A stretch of DNA of 64,000 bases from Eledone cirrhosa (Eukaryota), in NCBI GenBank assembly GCA_964016885.1, contig OZ024742.1, positions 45,756,001 to 45,820,000 on the forward strand. Reading direction: 5' to 3'. The translations under genes were made by a program, and so were the position numbers. Below, piece after piece: positions 51,500 to 64,000 of the stretch; within the stretch, counting starts at the first letter, position 1, and each line of letters starts with the position of its first letter. The notes under the pieces were generated by a model, which was given only the letters and a program-made list of their open reading frames with translations, was not told the DNA's origin and did no database searches.

Positions 51500-54400
51500 T
51501 CATCGATCTCACCACACCACTACCTCACCACCACCTCACTAACTCACCACACCACTACCTCACCACCGCCTCACTACCTCACCAGCTCACCACCTCACCA
51601 CCAACGCACCACCTCACCACCACCTCACCATCACCTTACCACCTCACCAACGCCTCACCACCACCACACCACCACCTCACCACCACTTCACCACCTCACC
51701 ACCACCTCACCACGACACCACCACCTCACCACCTCACCACGACACGACCACCTCACCACCACCTCACAACCTCACCACCTCACAACCTTACCACCTCACC
51801 ACCACCTCACAACCTCAACACCACAACACCTCACCACCACACCACCACCTCACCACCAGCTCACTACCTCACCATTACCTCATCACCACACCACCATCTC
51901 ACCACCTCACCATCACCTCACCACCTCACCACCACCTCACCACCTCACCATCACCTCACCACCTCACCACCACCTCACCACCTCACTACCACCTCACCAT
52001 CACCTCACCACCTCACCATCACCTCACCACCACCACACCACAACCTTACCACCTCACTACTACCTCACCAAAACCTCACCACCACCTCATCACCACCTCG
52101 CCACCTCACCACCTCACCACCACCTCACAACCTCACCATTACCACACCACCACAACACCTCACCACCACACGACCACCTCACCACCACCTCACCACCTAA
52201 CCATTACTTCACCACCACACCACCAAACCAGCACATAGCCACCTCACCACCACCACCACAATACCACCACCACCACCGCCACCACCACCACCTCACCACC
52301 TCACCACCACTTCACCACCACCTCACCACTTCACCACCACCACCTCACCACTACATCACCAACACAACACCACCACCTCACCACCTCACCACCATCTCAC
52401 CACTTCACCACCACAACCTCACCACTACATCACCACCACACCACCACCACCACCTCACCACCTCACCACCTCACCACCATCTCACCACTTCACCACCACC
52501 ACAACCTCACCACTACATCACCACCACACCACCCCCACCTCACCACCACCTCACCACTTCACCACCACAACCTCAGCACTACATCACCACCACCTCACCA
52601 CCTCATCACCACCTCACCACTTCACCACCACCACCTCACCACTACATCACCACCACACCACCACCACCTCACCACCTCACCATCATCTCACCACTTCACC
52701 ACCACAACCTCACCACTACATCACCACCACACCACCACCACCTCACCACCTCACCACCACCTCAACACCTCACCACCACACCACCACATCGCCACCTCAC
52801 CACCATCTCACCACCACCACCTCACCACCTCACCACCTCACCACCTCACCAACTCACCACCACCACACCACCAGTTCACCACCTCACTACCACCTCACTA
52901 CCACCACACCACCACCTCACCACCACACCACCAGTTCACCACCTCACTACCACCACACCACCACCTCACCAGCTCACCACCACCTCACAACCACCTCACC
53001 ACCACCACCACCACCTCACTACATCACTTCCTCACCACATCACCACCACCTAACAATCTCACTACCTCACTATCTCCCCACCACCTCACCACCACACCAC
53101 CACCTCACCACCACCACCACCTCACCACCTCACCACCACCTCACCACCACCTCACCACAACCTCACCACCACCACCACCACCTCACTACATCACTTCCTC
53201 ACCACATCACCACCACCTAACAATCTCACTACCTCACTATCTCCCCACCACCTCCCCACCACCTCACCACCAACTCACCACCTCACACCACACCACCACC
53301 TCACCACCACCTCACCACTTCACCACCACCACCTCACCACTAAATCACCACCACACCACTACCACCTCACCACCTCACCAACACCTCAACACCTCACCAC
53401 CACCATCTCACCACCTCACTACCACCTCACTACCACCTCACGACCACCTCACCACCACCTCACTACCACCTCACCACCACCTCACTACCACCTCAAAACC
53501 ACCTCACCACCTCACCACCTCACTACCACCTCACCACCACCTAACCATCTCACCACCACCACCACCACCACCTCACCACCACTTCACCACCACCACACCA
53601 CCACCACACCACCACCACACCACCACACCACCACCTCACTACCTCACCACCACCACCACACTACATCACTACCTCACCACATCACCACCACATCACCACC
53701 ACCTCACCACCTCACTACCTCACTACCTCCCCACCACCTCCTCACCACCTGACCACCATCTCACCACCTGACCACCACCACCTCACCCTCACCACCACCA
53801 CCACCACCACCACCACCACCACTACACCACCACCACATCACCACCTCACCACACCACCACCACTACACCACCACCACATCACCACCTCACCACACCACCA
53901 CCACTACACCACCACACCACCTCACTAAGTCATTCACTTCTCTACCATTTTGTTCTACCTGGAATATATCCCAGAGATAATTAGAAGACTTATCACTACC
54001 ACACCACTACCACACCACCCCAACCACCACCACTACCACCAACACTACCACTCATCACCACCACCACCACCACCACAACCACCACCAACACCACCAACAC
54101 CACCAACTCCATCAACACCACCATCACGATCACCACTACCACTACCACACCACCACCAGCACTACCACCAACACGACCAACACCACCAACACCACCAACT
54201 CTATCAACACTACCACTACCAACACCACCATCACCATCACCACTACCAACACCAGCACTACCAACACCACCACCACTACCAACACCAGCACTACCACCAA
54301 CACCATCAACACCACCACCACTACCACACCACCACCAGCACTACCACCAACACCACCAATACCACCACCACTACCACACCACAACCAGCACTACCACCAA

Positions 54401-55478
54401 CACAACCAATACCACCACCACTATCACACCACCACCACCACCACTACCACCACCACCACCACCAACAACAACACCACCATCATCACCACCACTACCACCA
54501 CCATCACCACCACCATCACCCCCACCATCACCACCACCACCACCACCACCACCACCACCACCACCACCACCACCACCACCACCACCACCTTCACTACCAC
54601 ACCACCACCACCACTACCACACCACCACCAACACCACCAGCACCACCAACTCCATCAACACCACCACCACCACCACCACCAACAACACCACCATCATCAC
54701 CACCACTACCACCCCCCCACCCCACCACCACCCCCACTACCACACCACCACCACCACCTTCACTACCACACCACCACCACCACCACTACCACACCACCAC
54801 CAACACCACCAGCACCACCAACTCCATCAACACCACCACCACCACCACCACCACCAGCAGTGTTATTATTGTGGTCGTGTTGGTGTTGGTGATTGTAGTG
54901 GTAGTGATGGTGGTGGTGGTACTGTTGGTGGTGGTGGTAGAGGCTGTAGTGGTAGTGATAGTGGTAGTGATGGTGGTAGTGGCAGTTTTGGTGGTAGTGA
55001 TTGTAGTAGTGATAGTGGTAGTAGTAGTAGTGGTGGGAGTGGCAGTAGTCATATTGTTTGTGGTGGTTGTAGTGGTAGTGGTACTGTTGGTGGTGGTAGA
55101 GGCAGTAGTGGTAGTGTTGGTGGTAGTGATGGGGATAGTGATGGTGGTAGTGGTGGGGGTTGGAGTGGCAGTAGTGGTACTGTTGGTGGTGGTAGTGGTT
55201 GTACTGGTGGTACTGGTGGTGGTGGTAGTGGCAGTAGTGGTACTGTTGGTAGTGGTAGTGGTGGTAGTGGTGGGGATGGCAGTGGCAGTAGTAGTAGTGT
55301 TTGTGGTAGTGATAGTGATAGTGATGGTGGTTCTAGTGGTGGTGGTAGTGGTTGTAATAGTACTGTTGGTGGTAATGGTGGTGGTAGTGATGGTGGTAGT
55401 GGTGGTAGTAGTGGGATGGCAGTGGTGGCAGTGTTAGTGGCAGTGATGGTGGTAGTGGCAATGGTAAAGGTGGTGGCA
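51500..55478. repeat. ~4-kb degenerate (CAC/CCT)n low-complexity tract that switches to (GTG)n at ~54858
   Basis: Direct inspection; the His/Pro/Thr- and Val-rich ORFs are by-products. Confidence 0.92.
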
Positions 55479-55941
55479 GAAATAATTAGTGAAAGTAGAT
55501 GCTATAGTGTATTTAATTTCTAATTGTCTCTCGTCTGAGATAATGAAGAAATGGTATGGATAACAATATTTCTAATTAACTAATTACTTCCAATATCCAC
55601 TCAGACTAATATTTATCTCTTTTTATGGAAAAATGTGTGTGTTTGTGATTATGTGTGTATATGTGTGTATGTGTGTGTGCATGAGTATGTATGTGTGTAT
55701 GTGTCTATGTGTATGTGTGTGTCTATGTGTATGCGTGTGTTTATGTGTATGTGTGTGTTTATGTGTGTGCGTGTGTTTATGTGTGTGTGTGTCCATCTGA
55801 ATGGATGTATGTATATGGTTAAAAAGCTATAAGTATGTATTTGAATGGTGACTATATAAAATGTTTTATATTTGGGTATGCAAGCATCTATTATATGAAA
55901 CTTAGTACTGTATACACAGACACACACACACACACACATAC

Positions 55942-56027
<86 letters not shown>

Positions 56028-56365
56028 GATGGCTGCCCCCTCGTTATCGAGTATGGCCATTGCACAATATACCATTATTAATAATTATTAATTAATTCTA
56101 TTGTGCAATGCCTGTGCGTGAAGATATTTTGTAAAGTGAGGGAAGACTGTGCACTGAGCCAATCCCACTCTCTGAGCGACAGTAGCTATAACGCGAAAAG
56201 AAGAAAAGATCAACATCATCGGTAACTACTGAGCCGCAGGTTTTATATCGGAGTTATCCCAGTTTCCTGAGTTGCCTTCTCCTAGAAGAATGCCCTGACA
56301 AAGGCTAGGGGTCCTTCACTCCCAGTGGTTTAACGGCGCGATCGGGTGTCTAGCCCAATTATTTC
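56028..56365 (-). mobile_element. RTE-related non-autonomous element (5' UTR-like part plus 3' terminus)
   Basis: 'ctaggagaaggcaactc' RTE-5'-like motif; end 'atactcgataacgagggggcagccatc' repeated at 56846-56885. Confidence 0.5.
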
Positions 56366-56457
56366 TATGTCCCTGCGCATATATACACACATATATATAC
56401 ATACAAACAAACATGTATACACACACATATACATACGTTCGTGCATACGTACATAGA

Positions 56458-56800
56458 GATCAGCTGCCCTCTTGATGTTGTAAGAAAAACACAGGAGAAG
56501 GAAGACATCTACAGACCATTTATGTGGAGTTTGCACATCTAGTATCCAAGATATACATTCAGCTTCATACCCATTATTATTGGAGCAACGGGTTATATAC
56601 CAACCCACTTGGACCAAAGTATGACTGAATTTGGATTGGTGGACAAAGAGCACAGCTCCCTAATTCATAGACTACAAATGGCTACGATAGCTGCCGGCAC
56701 CTTCAAAATTTGCAAAACATCCTTGTCATTCAAGGGATAACAATTTCTTTTCTTTTACAACCTTGCCGGTCAAAAATGTACTCAAAATTAAGAGAAAGAG
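56458..56800 (+). mobile_element. R4/Dong-like LINE C-terminus (restriction-like endonuclease)
   Basis: SCPLD..KTQEKEDIY...IPIIIGATG...RLQMA...KICK. Confidence 0.65.
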
Positions 56801-57318
56801 AAACACACACATACACACACACACATACATACAAACATACATACATGATGGCTGCCCCTTCCTTATTGAGTATGGCCATTGCACGAAAAAAAAACAACAA
56901 CATATAATAACGACAATAATAATAATAATAATATATATATATACATATACATGATTTTAGTATGCTTATGTGCATTTTTTCTTCTAACTTTGATTTTGTA
57001 CCTAATTGTGTATGGTTAACTATATGTCTAGTCGATTTCTACGGGCTATTAGAAATACTAGGTAAATCTTCTGTGGCTGTTGATCGCGGATAAAATAGCT
57101 ATCATTTATTTATCTATTGTTTCTTCATAGGTACATTTTAAACTTATAGCCTCGTTTAATTGATTTTGTATGTGCTTGATTATGCTGATTGGGAGAAGAA
57201 ATACTGTATATATTTTATCAAATGATTCTATGGACTTACTTTCTTACATATATCATCATTTTTCATCATTTCATTTTACGTCCGCTTTTCCCTGCTTGCA
57301 AGGGTGGGACGGGAACTG

Positions 57319-59201
57319 ATAACCAAGTCATACAGAATGGGATTGTTCCGAAGGACTGGCATAGCAGCATCATCATTAACTGCTACAAGGGTAAAGGAGA
57401 TGCCCTAGATAGGGGTAACTATAGAGGCATTAAATTAATCGACCAGGTCATGAAGGTCACAGAAAAAGTAATAGCGCAACTAATCAGAGAGAGAATTGAT
57501 CTAGATGAAATGCAGTTTGGGTTTGTGTCAGGTAAAAGTACCACAGACGCTCTTTTCATTGTACGACAACTACAGGAGAAGTACCTAGCTAAAAGTAAAC
57601 CCCTATACTTAGCTTTTGTCGACTTGGAGAAAGCCTTTGACAGAGTCCCCCGTTCCATTATCTGGTGGGCTCTTAGAAAACTAAGTGTTGATGAATGGCT
57701 TGTGAGAGCTTTACAAGTCATGTATAAAGAAACAGTCAGCAAGGTTAGAATTAACAACGAATATAGTGAAGAATTTAGCGTAAAAGTTGGTGTTCATCAG
57801 GGCTCCGTTCTTAGCCCCCTACTATTTATTATTGCTCTTCAGGCTATAACAGTGGAGTTCAAGACCGGCTGCCCATGGGAACTCCTATACGCAGATGATC
57901 TAACGCTCTTTGCTGAATCAATGGCTGAACTAGAGAAGAAATTCCAAACATGGAAGCATGGCCTAGAATCAAAAGGCCTTAAAATTAACCTGTCTAAGAC
58001 TAAAGTTCTAGTTTGTAGGAAGGAAAATAGGGCACCGGTCCCATCCGGGAAACGGCCATGCTCAGTGTGTAGGAAAGGAGTAGGTAGAAACTCCATCTTA
58101 TGTCCCAAATGCAAAGTATGGGTGCATAAAAGATGTAGTGGGATCACAAGTAAGCTAACTAAGAATATAGATTTTATATGTGGTCGGTGCTCTGGTGCAA
58201 TAAGTAGCAGCAAGTGCCCACAGAATACTAGCTCATTCCATTGCACAGATGGTTCTATAGAAATAGTGGACACCTTCCGTTACTTGGGTGACAAAATCAG
58301 CAGTGGTGGAGGGTGCTCTGAAAGTACAGTAGCTAGAGTCAGAACTGGATGGAAAAAGTTCAGAGAGCTTATACCACTATTAGCCGCTAAAGGGTTCTCT
58401 CTAAAAATGAAAGGGAGACTGTATGATGCCTGCATACGAACAGCAATGTTACATGGCAGTGAGACCTGGGCATTGTGTGCAGAGGATATACACAGACTGG
58501 AGAGGAACGAAGCTTGCATGCTCCGCTAGATGTGTAATAGTAATATACGTGAACGGCAAAGCATAAACGAACTAAGGGAAAAATTAGAAATAAGAGGGAC
58601 CAGATGTTGTTTACTCGAGAGAAGACTACGTTGGTATGGTCACGTGATGCGCATGAAAGACGACAGCTGTATAAAAAAGTTCAGGGCAATAAAAATAGAC
58701 GGTAGCCACAGAGTAGGCAGACCCAGAAAATTCCGACCTCACACACTTACACCTCTCCAAGACAATGTCACTGGACCGAGATCTTTGGCGCTACACAGTA
58801 ATACAGAAGACCCGCCTTACCTAAGTACAAAGTGAAACCTACTACAGTCAGTAGGCACCTCTAACAAAAATATACCCCGTCCCACTACCCCCACCCCATC
58901 CACACCACCCTTTTCAATGTAAAGTTATGTTGGTACCACAACATCCAGTCCGAAACAAATGAGGTCGTGTAGGTGTCACGACAAAAAACACACAGTCCAC
59001 GCTGTAATGTGGCCATGTAGGTAACATGGTAAAAACCTCCCAGACCCACACTGTAAATGGGGTTGGCGTTAGGAAGGGCATCCAGCCGTAGAAAACCCGC
59101 CAGACAGTACTATGCGAGCAAGACAACCACTCTTGCCTCAAGTGGGAAAACTCTCGTCCAAACCCATGCTAGCATGGAAGATTGACATTAAACGATGATG
59201 A
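57319..59201 (+). mobile_element. 5'-truncated RTE LINE
   Basis: ORF 57189-58529 carries the RT motifs; nonsense codon at 58527; 3' UTR and (GAT)n. Confidence 0.94.
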
Positions 59202-59216
59202 TATATATATATATAT

Positions 59217-59790
59217 ATAGGAAAAAGTATGACCCCGACGGCAGAGCTCAAGCCGTTTCGACGGCTATTTCTGGACTAAATTAGAATTTTTAGCCTGGTG
59301 AATATATAGCCGAACTTGTCAAGGGGTACTTCCTTATATGGGAAGATTGTAGTTGTCAAGAGGATTGGTTAAAATTTGTTGTAAACACAAATAAGTCTAT
59401 CATGGCATTTGGTGGGAGGTAGGGGTGGCTGAACTTGCCTGTAGAACAACAGGAGCGGTCAGGCATTGAAAGTGATATTGTTCTACAGGCAAGTTCAGCC
59501 ACCCCTACCTCCCACCAAATGTCATGATAGACTTATTTGTGTTTACAACAAATTTTAACCAATCCTCTTGACAACTACAATCTTCCCATATAAGGAAGTA
59601 CCCCTTGACAAGTTTGGCTATATATTCACCAGGCTAAAAATTCTAATTTAGTCCAGAAATAGCTGTCGAAACGGCTTGAGCTCTGCCGTCGGGGTCATAC
59701 TTTTTCCTATTTCCCACTCTACTACCCTAAGTATTGAGGACTCTGGTGTGTTATGGTCCATCTGGTTCCTTACCACTATTCCTTTGTTAT
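59217..59790. mobile_element. TA-flanked fold-back element: 233-bp inverted arms (59217-59449 / 59478-59710), 28-bp spacer, ~80-bp unpaired tail
   Basis: Arms are reverse-complementary with about 3 mismatches; each carries an HHR. Confidence 0.9.
59593..59708 (+). ncRNA. Type I hammerhead ribozyme with U3-A8 core (mirror copy at 59219-59334 on -)
   Basis: acccc-TTGACAA(59605-59611)-g..tggctat...atagctg.c-GAAA(59668-59671)-CGGC(ttgagctct)GCCGTC, cleavage after 59690, then ggggt; distal aggaagta/tactttttcct. Confidence 0.8.
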
Positions 59791-60014
59791 ATATATATAT
59801 ATATATATATACACATACATGCACACACAATCACACATATACATATACATATACATATACACATACATATACACATACATATACACACACACACACAAAC
59901 CCCCCACAAACATACCTATACACACACACACACAATAACAATTAACGGTACTGCGATCGAATGTCACATACATACATACATATATACATATATACAACTG
60001 GAAACAGCTCTACA

Positions 60015-61320
60015 GTAAATCCCAGGCCCAGACCTCATAACAGGTTACTGGCTGAAGAATTTCACTTTTTATTGGCTTGCAAGCAGGGAAAAGTGGACGT
60101 AAAATGAAATGATGAAAATGAAAATGATTGCCGAGATCTCATATGGTTGTTTGGAGAAAGTATCAAGAACACACAAGAACTGCCCGAATGGTTATCGACT
60201 GCCACTACTCTCCTCATCCCGCAAAATAGCCAAATCACCCTTGCTAAAAATTACCACCCAATAACCTTCCAGAACATCATATAAAATTATACACTGGGGG
60301 CCTCAATCAGTTCTTGCAAGATCGTGCCATTAACAACATTATAACATCTGAGGAAAGAAGGAGGTGGGTTATCTAGAGCAGCTACTAATTAATAAAATGA
60401 TCCGAATAAATAAAAAAAAATAGTAAAGAATTGCAGGAACTTGACTGGTGTGTGTCTGGACTACCAGAAGGCTTTTGATAGTATACCACATGCCTGGATT
60501 ATCAGGGCTTTACAGTTAACCAAAGTCTCACAACCACTAGTAGCTGTTATCGAATGCTTGACCAAGATTTAGTACACCACTTTGCTTCTTAGGGGTGTTA
60601 AGGAGCAAAGTGAGTCTGATAACATTCACTACCAAAAAGGTATCTTTCAGGGTATTAGTTTGTTAGTGCAGCTCTTCATCTTATCATACATGCTCACAAA
60701 ACATAGTGACTATAGGAATGGATTCAGAAGTATCTCCCATCTTTTCTTTGTCGATGCTGTGAAATTGTATGGGTCAAATATCATTACCCAATTTAATAAA
60801 GACATTGGAATGAAATTTGGTGAGTCCAAATATATATTTTTGACAATAAAATGTGGAAAAATTGTGCCCACCTCTGAAAACCTAAAAATGAATAGCTTGA
60901 TGATACAACTTCTACAGTCAGGTGACAATTATAGGTATCTTGGACAGGATGAGACCCATTTATGATCCATAAATAAGGAGAAGACCAGGAAGACTCAGGG
61001 GAGTAAAGAGAATATGGTCATCAGAACACTTAGCGTACAACAAGAACATTACCCATAATACTTTTATTGTGCCTGTCCTAACACCAAAATTTAGCCTCCT
61101 GAACTGGTCATTGCAAGAACTGAGTGAGATAAATGTAAAGACTTGCAAGCTGTTCAGTGTTACTGGAAACTTTAACATCAATGGTGATGTGAATAAGCTA
61201 TATTTCTCACACAAAGAGGGTGTCTGTGGTCTAAAATCCATTTTAACATCATACAAGACCTGGAGACACTGAAGCAACATCTTCAACAGGAGAAAAAAGC
61301 CAGCAGCCATCTTGTCCAGG
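60015..61320 (+). pseudogene. Degenerate R4/Dong-like LINE RT
   Basis: PGPDLITGYWLK, NYHPIT, EQLLINK, LDYQKAFDSIPH, GIFQG, HLFFVD.VKLY, YRYLG. Confidence 0.82.
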
Positions 61321-61334
61321 TTTATCATCATCAT

Positions 61335-61960
61335 CATCATTTTATGTCTGCTTTTCCCTGCTTGCAAGGGTGGGACGGGAACTGATTCTGGCTTGATTTC
61401 TACAGCTGAATGCCCTTCCTAACACCAACCTCATTTACAGTGAGTGCTGGGTGCTTTTTGGCCGTGGCACCTACACGTCCACTTTACAGTGGAATGATAG
61501 GGACCCCAGCCCTATCATCTCATTTCTACAGCTGAGTAAACTGGAGCAATGTGGAATAAATTGTCTTGCTCAAGGAAACAACACATCACCCGGTCTGAGA
61601 ATTGAACTCACAACCTTTCGATTGCAAGCCCAATGCTCTAACCACTAAGCCATGTGCATGAAAATAATAATTGTTTCTACTTTTTGCACAAGGCCAGCAA
61701 TTACCCAGTACATTATTGAAAATAATAATTGTTTCTACTTTTTGCACAAGGCCAGCAATTACCCAGTACATTACTGAAAATAATAATTATTTCTACTTTT
61801 AGCACAAGGCCAGCAATTATCCAGTACATTACTGGTACTTTATTTTATCGACTCCGTAAGGATGAAAGGCAAAGTTAACCTCGGCGGGATTTGAACTCAG
61901 ATCGTAAAGGGACGTAATTATGCTGGAAAGCATGTCCGACCCTCTACTGATACTGCCAAT
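61335..61960 (-). mobile_element. Two adjacent SINEs; the second has a triplicated ~58-bp 3' tail (61660-61830)
   Basis: Matches both SINE families; 'aataataattgtttctactttttgcacaaggccagcaattacccagtacatt' three times. Confidence 0.85.
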
Positions 61961-63429
61961 TCTAATAATATTGTTAGGATAGCCACTGATCTAGAAGGGA
62001 AACATGAAATAAAACCTGATACAAATCTCTCTCCCAGAAACAGTGCAAGATTACTTAATGCTTGAACAAAATAAAAATAGGCCAGTTCACTGAGAATGTT
62101 GTACATGAGTACTTGAGATGAAAACCACAGACTATGGCATTAGGGAGGGCATCCTGTCCTAGAAGCCTATCCAGAAATAGTTCTATATGAGCTAGACACA
62201 GTCACCTGACCCAACTTGCCTCTAATGAGACAACCCGTCTAACCTATGCTAGCGTAGAAAATGGATGTTAAACGATGAGGATGATGATGATGATAGAGGG
62301 GATAAGCCATACTAAAAGCCTGACATGGAGTTCCAATACATTCATAATATCCCACCTTGAAGGATATCTCCATGCAATCCTGGAACAAGACATTTACCAC
62401 CAAGTACCAATTACACAAAAGAGGAAGGTCATTAGTTGACAATAAATTTAGGCTGTAAAAAATTAGCCACATTATTGCTAACTATGAAAGAATGTCTTCT
62501 CGTCACTACCTTCCCTTGCAAGAAATTTACTATGATACTTATAAGGGGCAGATAACTTTGACTTTCTATGTTATTGATACTTTTGAGAATTTAATTCTAA
62601 GCATGTTCCCTTTATGTTACAGACACATACTGAAACAGGTGGGATAAGAAATGAGTCATTAAGTGCCAAATGCAGGTAGAAATGTTGAAAAGAAAAGTAT
62701 GTTAAAACTGCCAAAGTGAAGTATATATATAATTTACATATGGGCCTTATATCAACAAAAATGTGAGAACTTTCGCTGAGGTTGGTAGTTACTCATATCC
62801 TTTATAGCTACAGAAAGAAACTGTTGTTTTATAATAAAGAACAATTAACCGAGTTAATATACATTGCTTAAAATAAAATTTATAAATAGTTAAGTTCCTT
62901 TAGAAAGGTTATGCAAGCTGAGGTGTGTGTGCATATGAATATATGAAGTATACTGTAAATAATGGTTGTATAATCATCTAGATTCTAGCTTTCGAGCTGA
63001 ACACTCCACTTAAATAGATTTTAATGCTGGATTTCTCTCAACATGGAGAGACATGTTCATAGGTATATAGGCCTCTGATGTCAAGAAACACACCTTGATT
63101 GCATATTTAATATTGGTTTTCTACATAAGCAGAGGGATTTATTTATATGCAAGAAGGAAAAGAAGCCAGATTGTGTAATAATACTTTCTCAAAGTTGGCT
63201 ATATCAATGTTAGAGAATAGAAATGGCTATGTCAAAAAATATAATTCAAGAATGCAAGAGAGAATTGTTTTCTATCAGGCCCACTTGGGGCCACATTATA
63301 TTCTTTCCCCTCACACCTACATCTGCGGCTAGACATGTCATTCTTTTGCCTCATGCCTAGAGATATAATTCTCTCTATCTGTTCATAAGGGATTTTTTCC
63401 TTCTTTGCTGTTTGTGTGTACAATTGAAG

Positions 63430-63690
63430 ACCCCCCCCCCCCCCCGGTATTCACAGGGGTTACATTCTCAAAGCATCTGCGAAGAATGCAAAACCGAGAA
63501 TATTGGATGTGGTCCATATAAATGCCTATAAACATCAAATTATAATGTAAAATATAATAAAAAAAAGAGGGACCATCTTATGCGAAGTGGCATTCAATAG
63601 GTTGGCAGATACGATATATTAGTATTAATAATTTAGCATTAAAAAAATATATATATTGTCACGAAAAAAGGCATTAAAAAAGTGCGCAAG
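63430..63690. mobile_element. Possible Tigger/pogo-type DNA transposon end
   Basis: 'cccggtattcacaggggttacattc...gcgaa..atgcaaaaccg' resembles MER2/Tigger termini; the other end was not identified. Confidence 0.35.
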
Positions 63691-63980
63691 AAATTTATGA
63701 TTCTGTGAATATGTGGTGGTTTCTACAAACAATTATTAGTTAGGTTCTATGGAAAACTGAGGCTACGAATGGTGGGGGCACATAGTATTCCTTAAGTATA
63801 CCAACTGGCTGTTTGACCCTGGTATCACAGCCCTAGTATACCTAAGAAATTTATGATTCTGTGAATATGTGGTGGTTTCTACAAACAATTATTAGTTAGG
63901 TTCTATGGAAAACTGAGGCTACGAATGGTGGGGGCACATAGTATTCCTTAAGTATACCAACTGGCTGTTTGACCCTAGTT
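63688..63980. repeat. 157-bp direct duplication
   Basis: aagaaatttatgattctgtg... at 63688 and 63845. Confidence 0.9.
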
Positions 63981-64000
63981 TTAAAGCCCTAGTGTGTTCC

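Noticed and set aside
51473-55437. 526-aa and 495-aa His/Pro/Thr/Val-rich ORFs
   Set aside because: Stop-free frames are expected in (CAC)n/(GTG)n DNA; no domain or splice evidence
56950-57250. Possible decayed PLE thumb-domain fragment on the minus strand
   Set aside because: Too many stops and frameshifts to support a call
62300-63425. Possible decayed transposase fragments (MULE/piggyBac-like)
   Set aside because: Only a vague resemblance; needs a translated profile search

Overview
AT-rich, gene-poor, repeat-saturated eukaryotic (animal) DNA. The SINE/RTE families resemble those of octopus/cephalopods; this is an inference from family resemblance and was not verified. No host protein-coding exon could be supported. 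The window holds one intact full-length RTE-clade LINE (APE + RT with a PHD-like C4HC3 finger inside the RT) and many degenerate RTE copies, CR1-like and R4/Dong-like LINE fragments, tRNA-derived SINEs, piggyBac- and mariner-type MITEs, long (TA)n/(CA)n/(CAC)n tracts, and Penelope-like elements (PLEs; RT + C-terminal GIY-YIG). The most striking signal is non-coding: type I hammerhead ribozymes (HHRs) in several unrelated sequence contexts. A near-perfect 310-bp tandem array (4567-6904) carries an HHR in each of 8 units (retrozyme-like, with an internal inversion). HHRs also sit in both inverted repeats of a near-complete PLE and in several solo pLTR-like elements. Two unrelated elements carry a non-canonical UUGANAA (U3-A8) core. 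All ribozyme calls come from manual base-pair inspection, not from computation or experiment.
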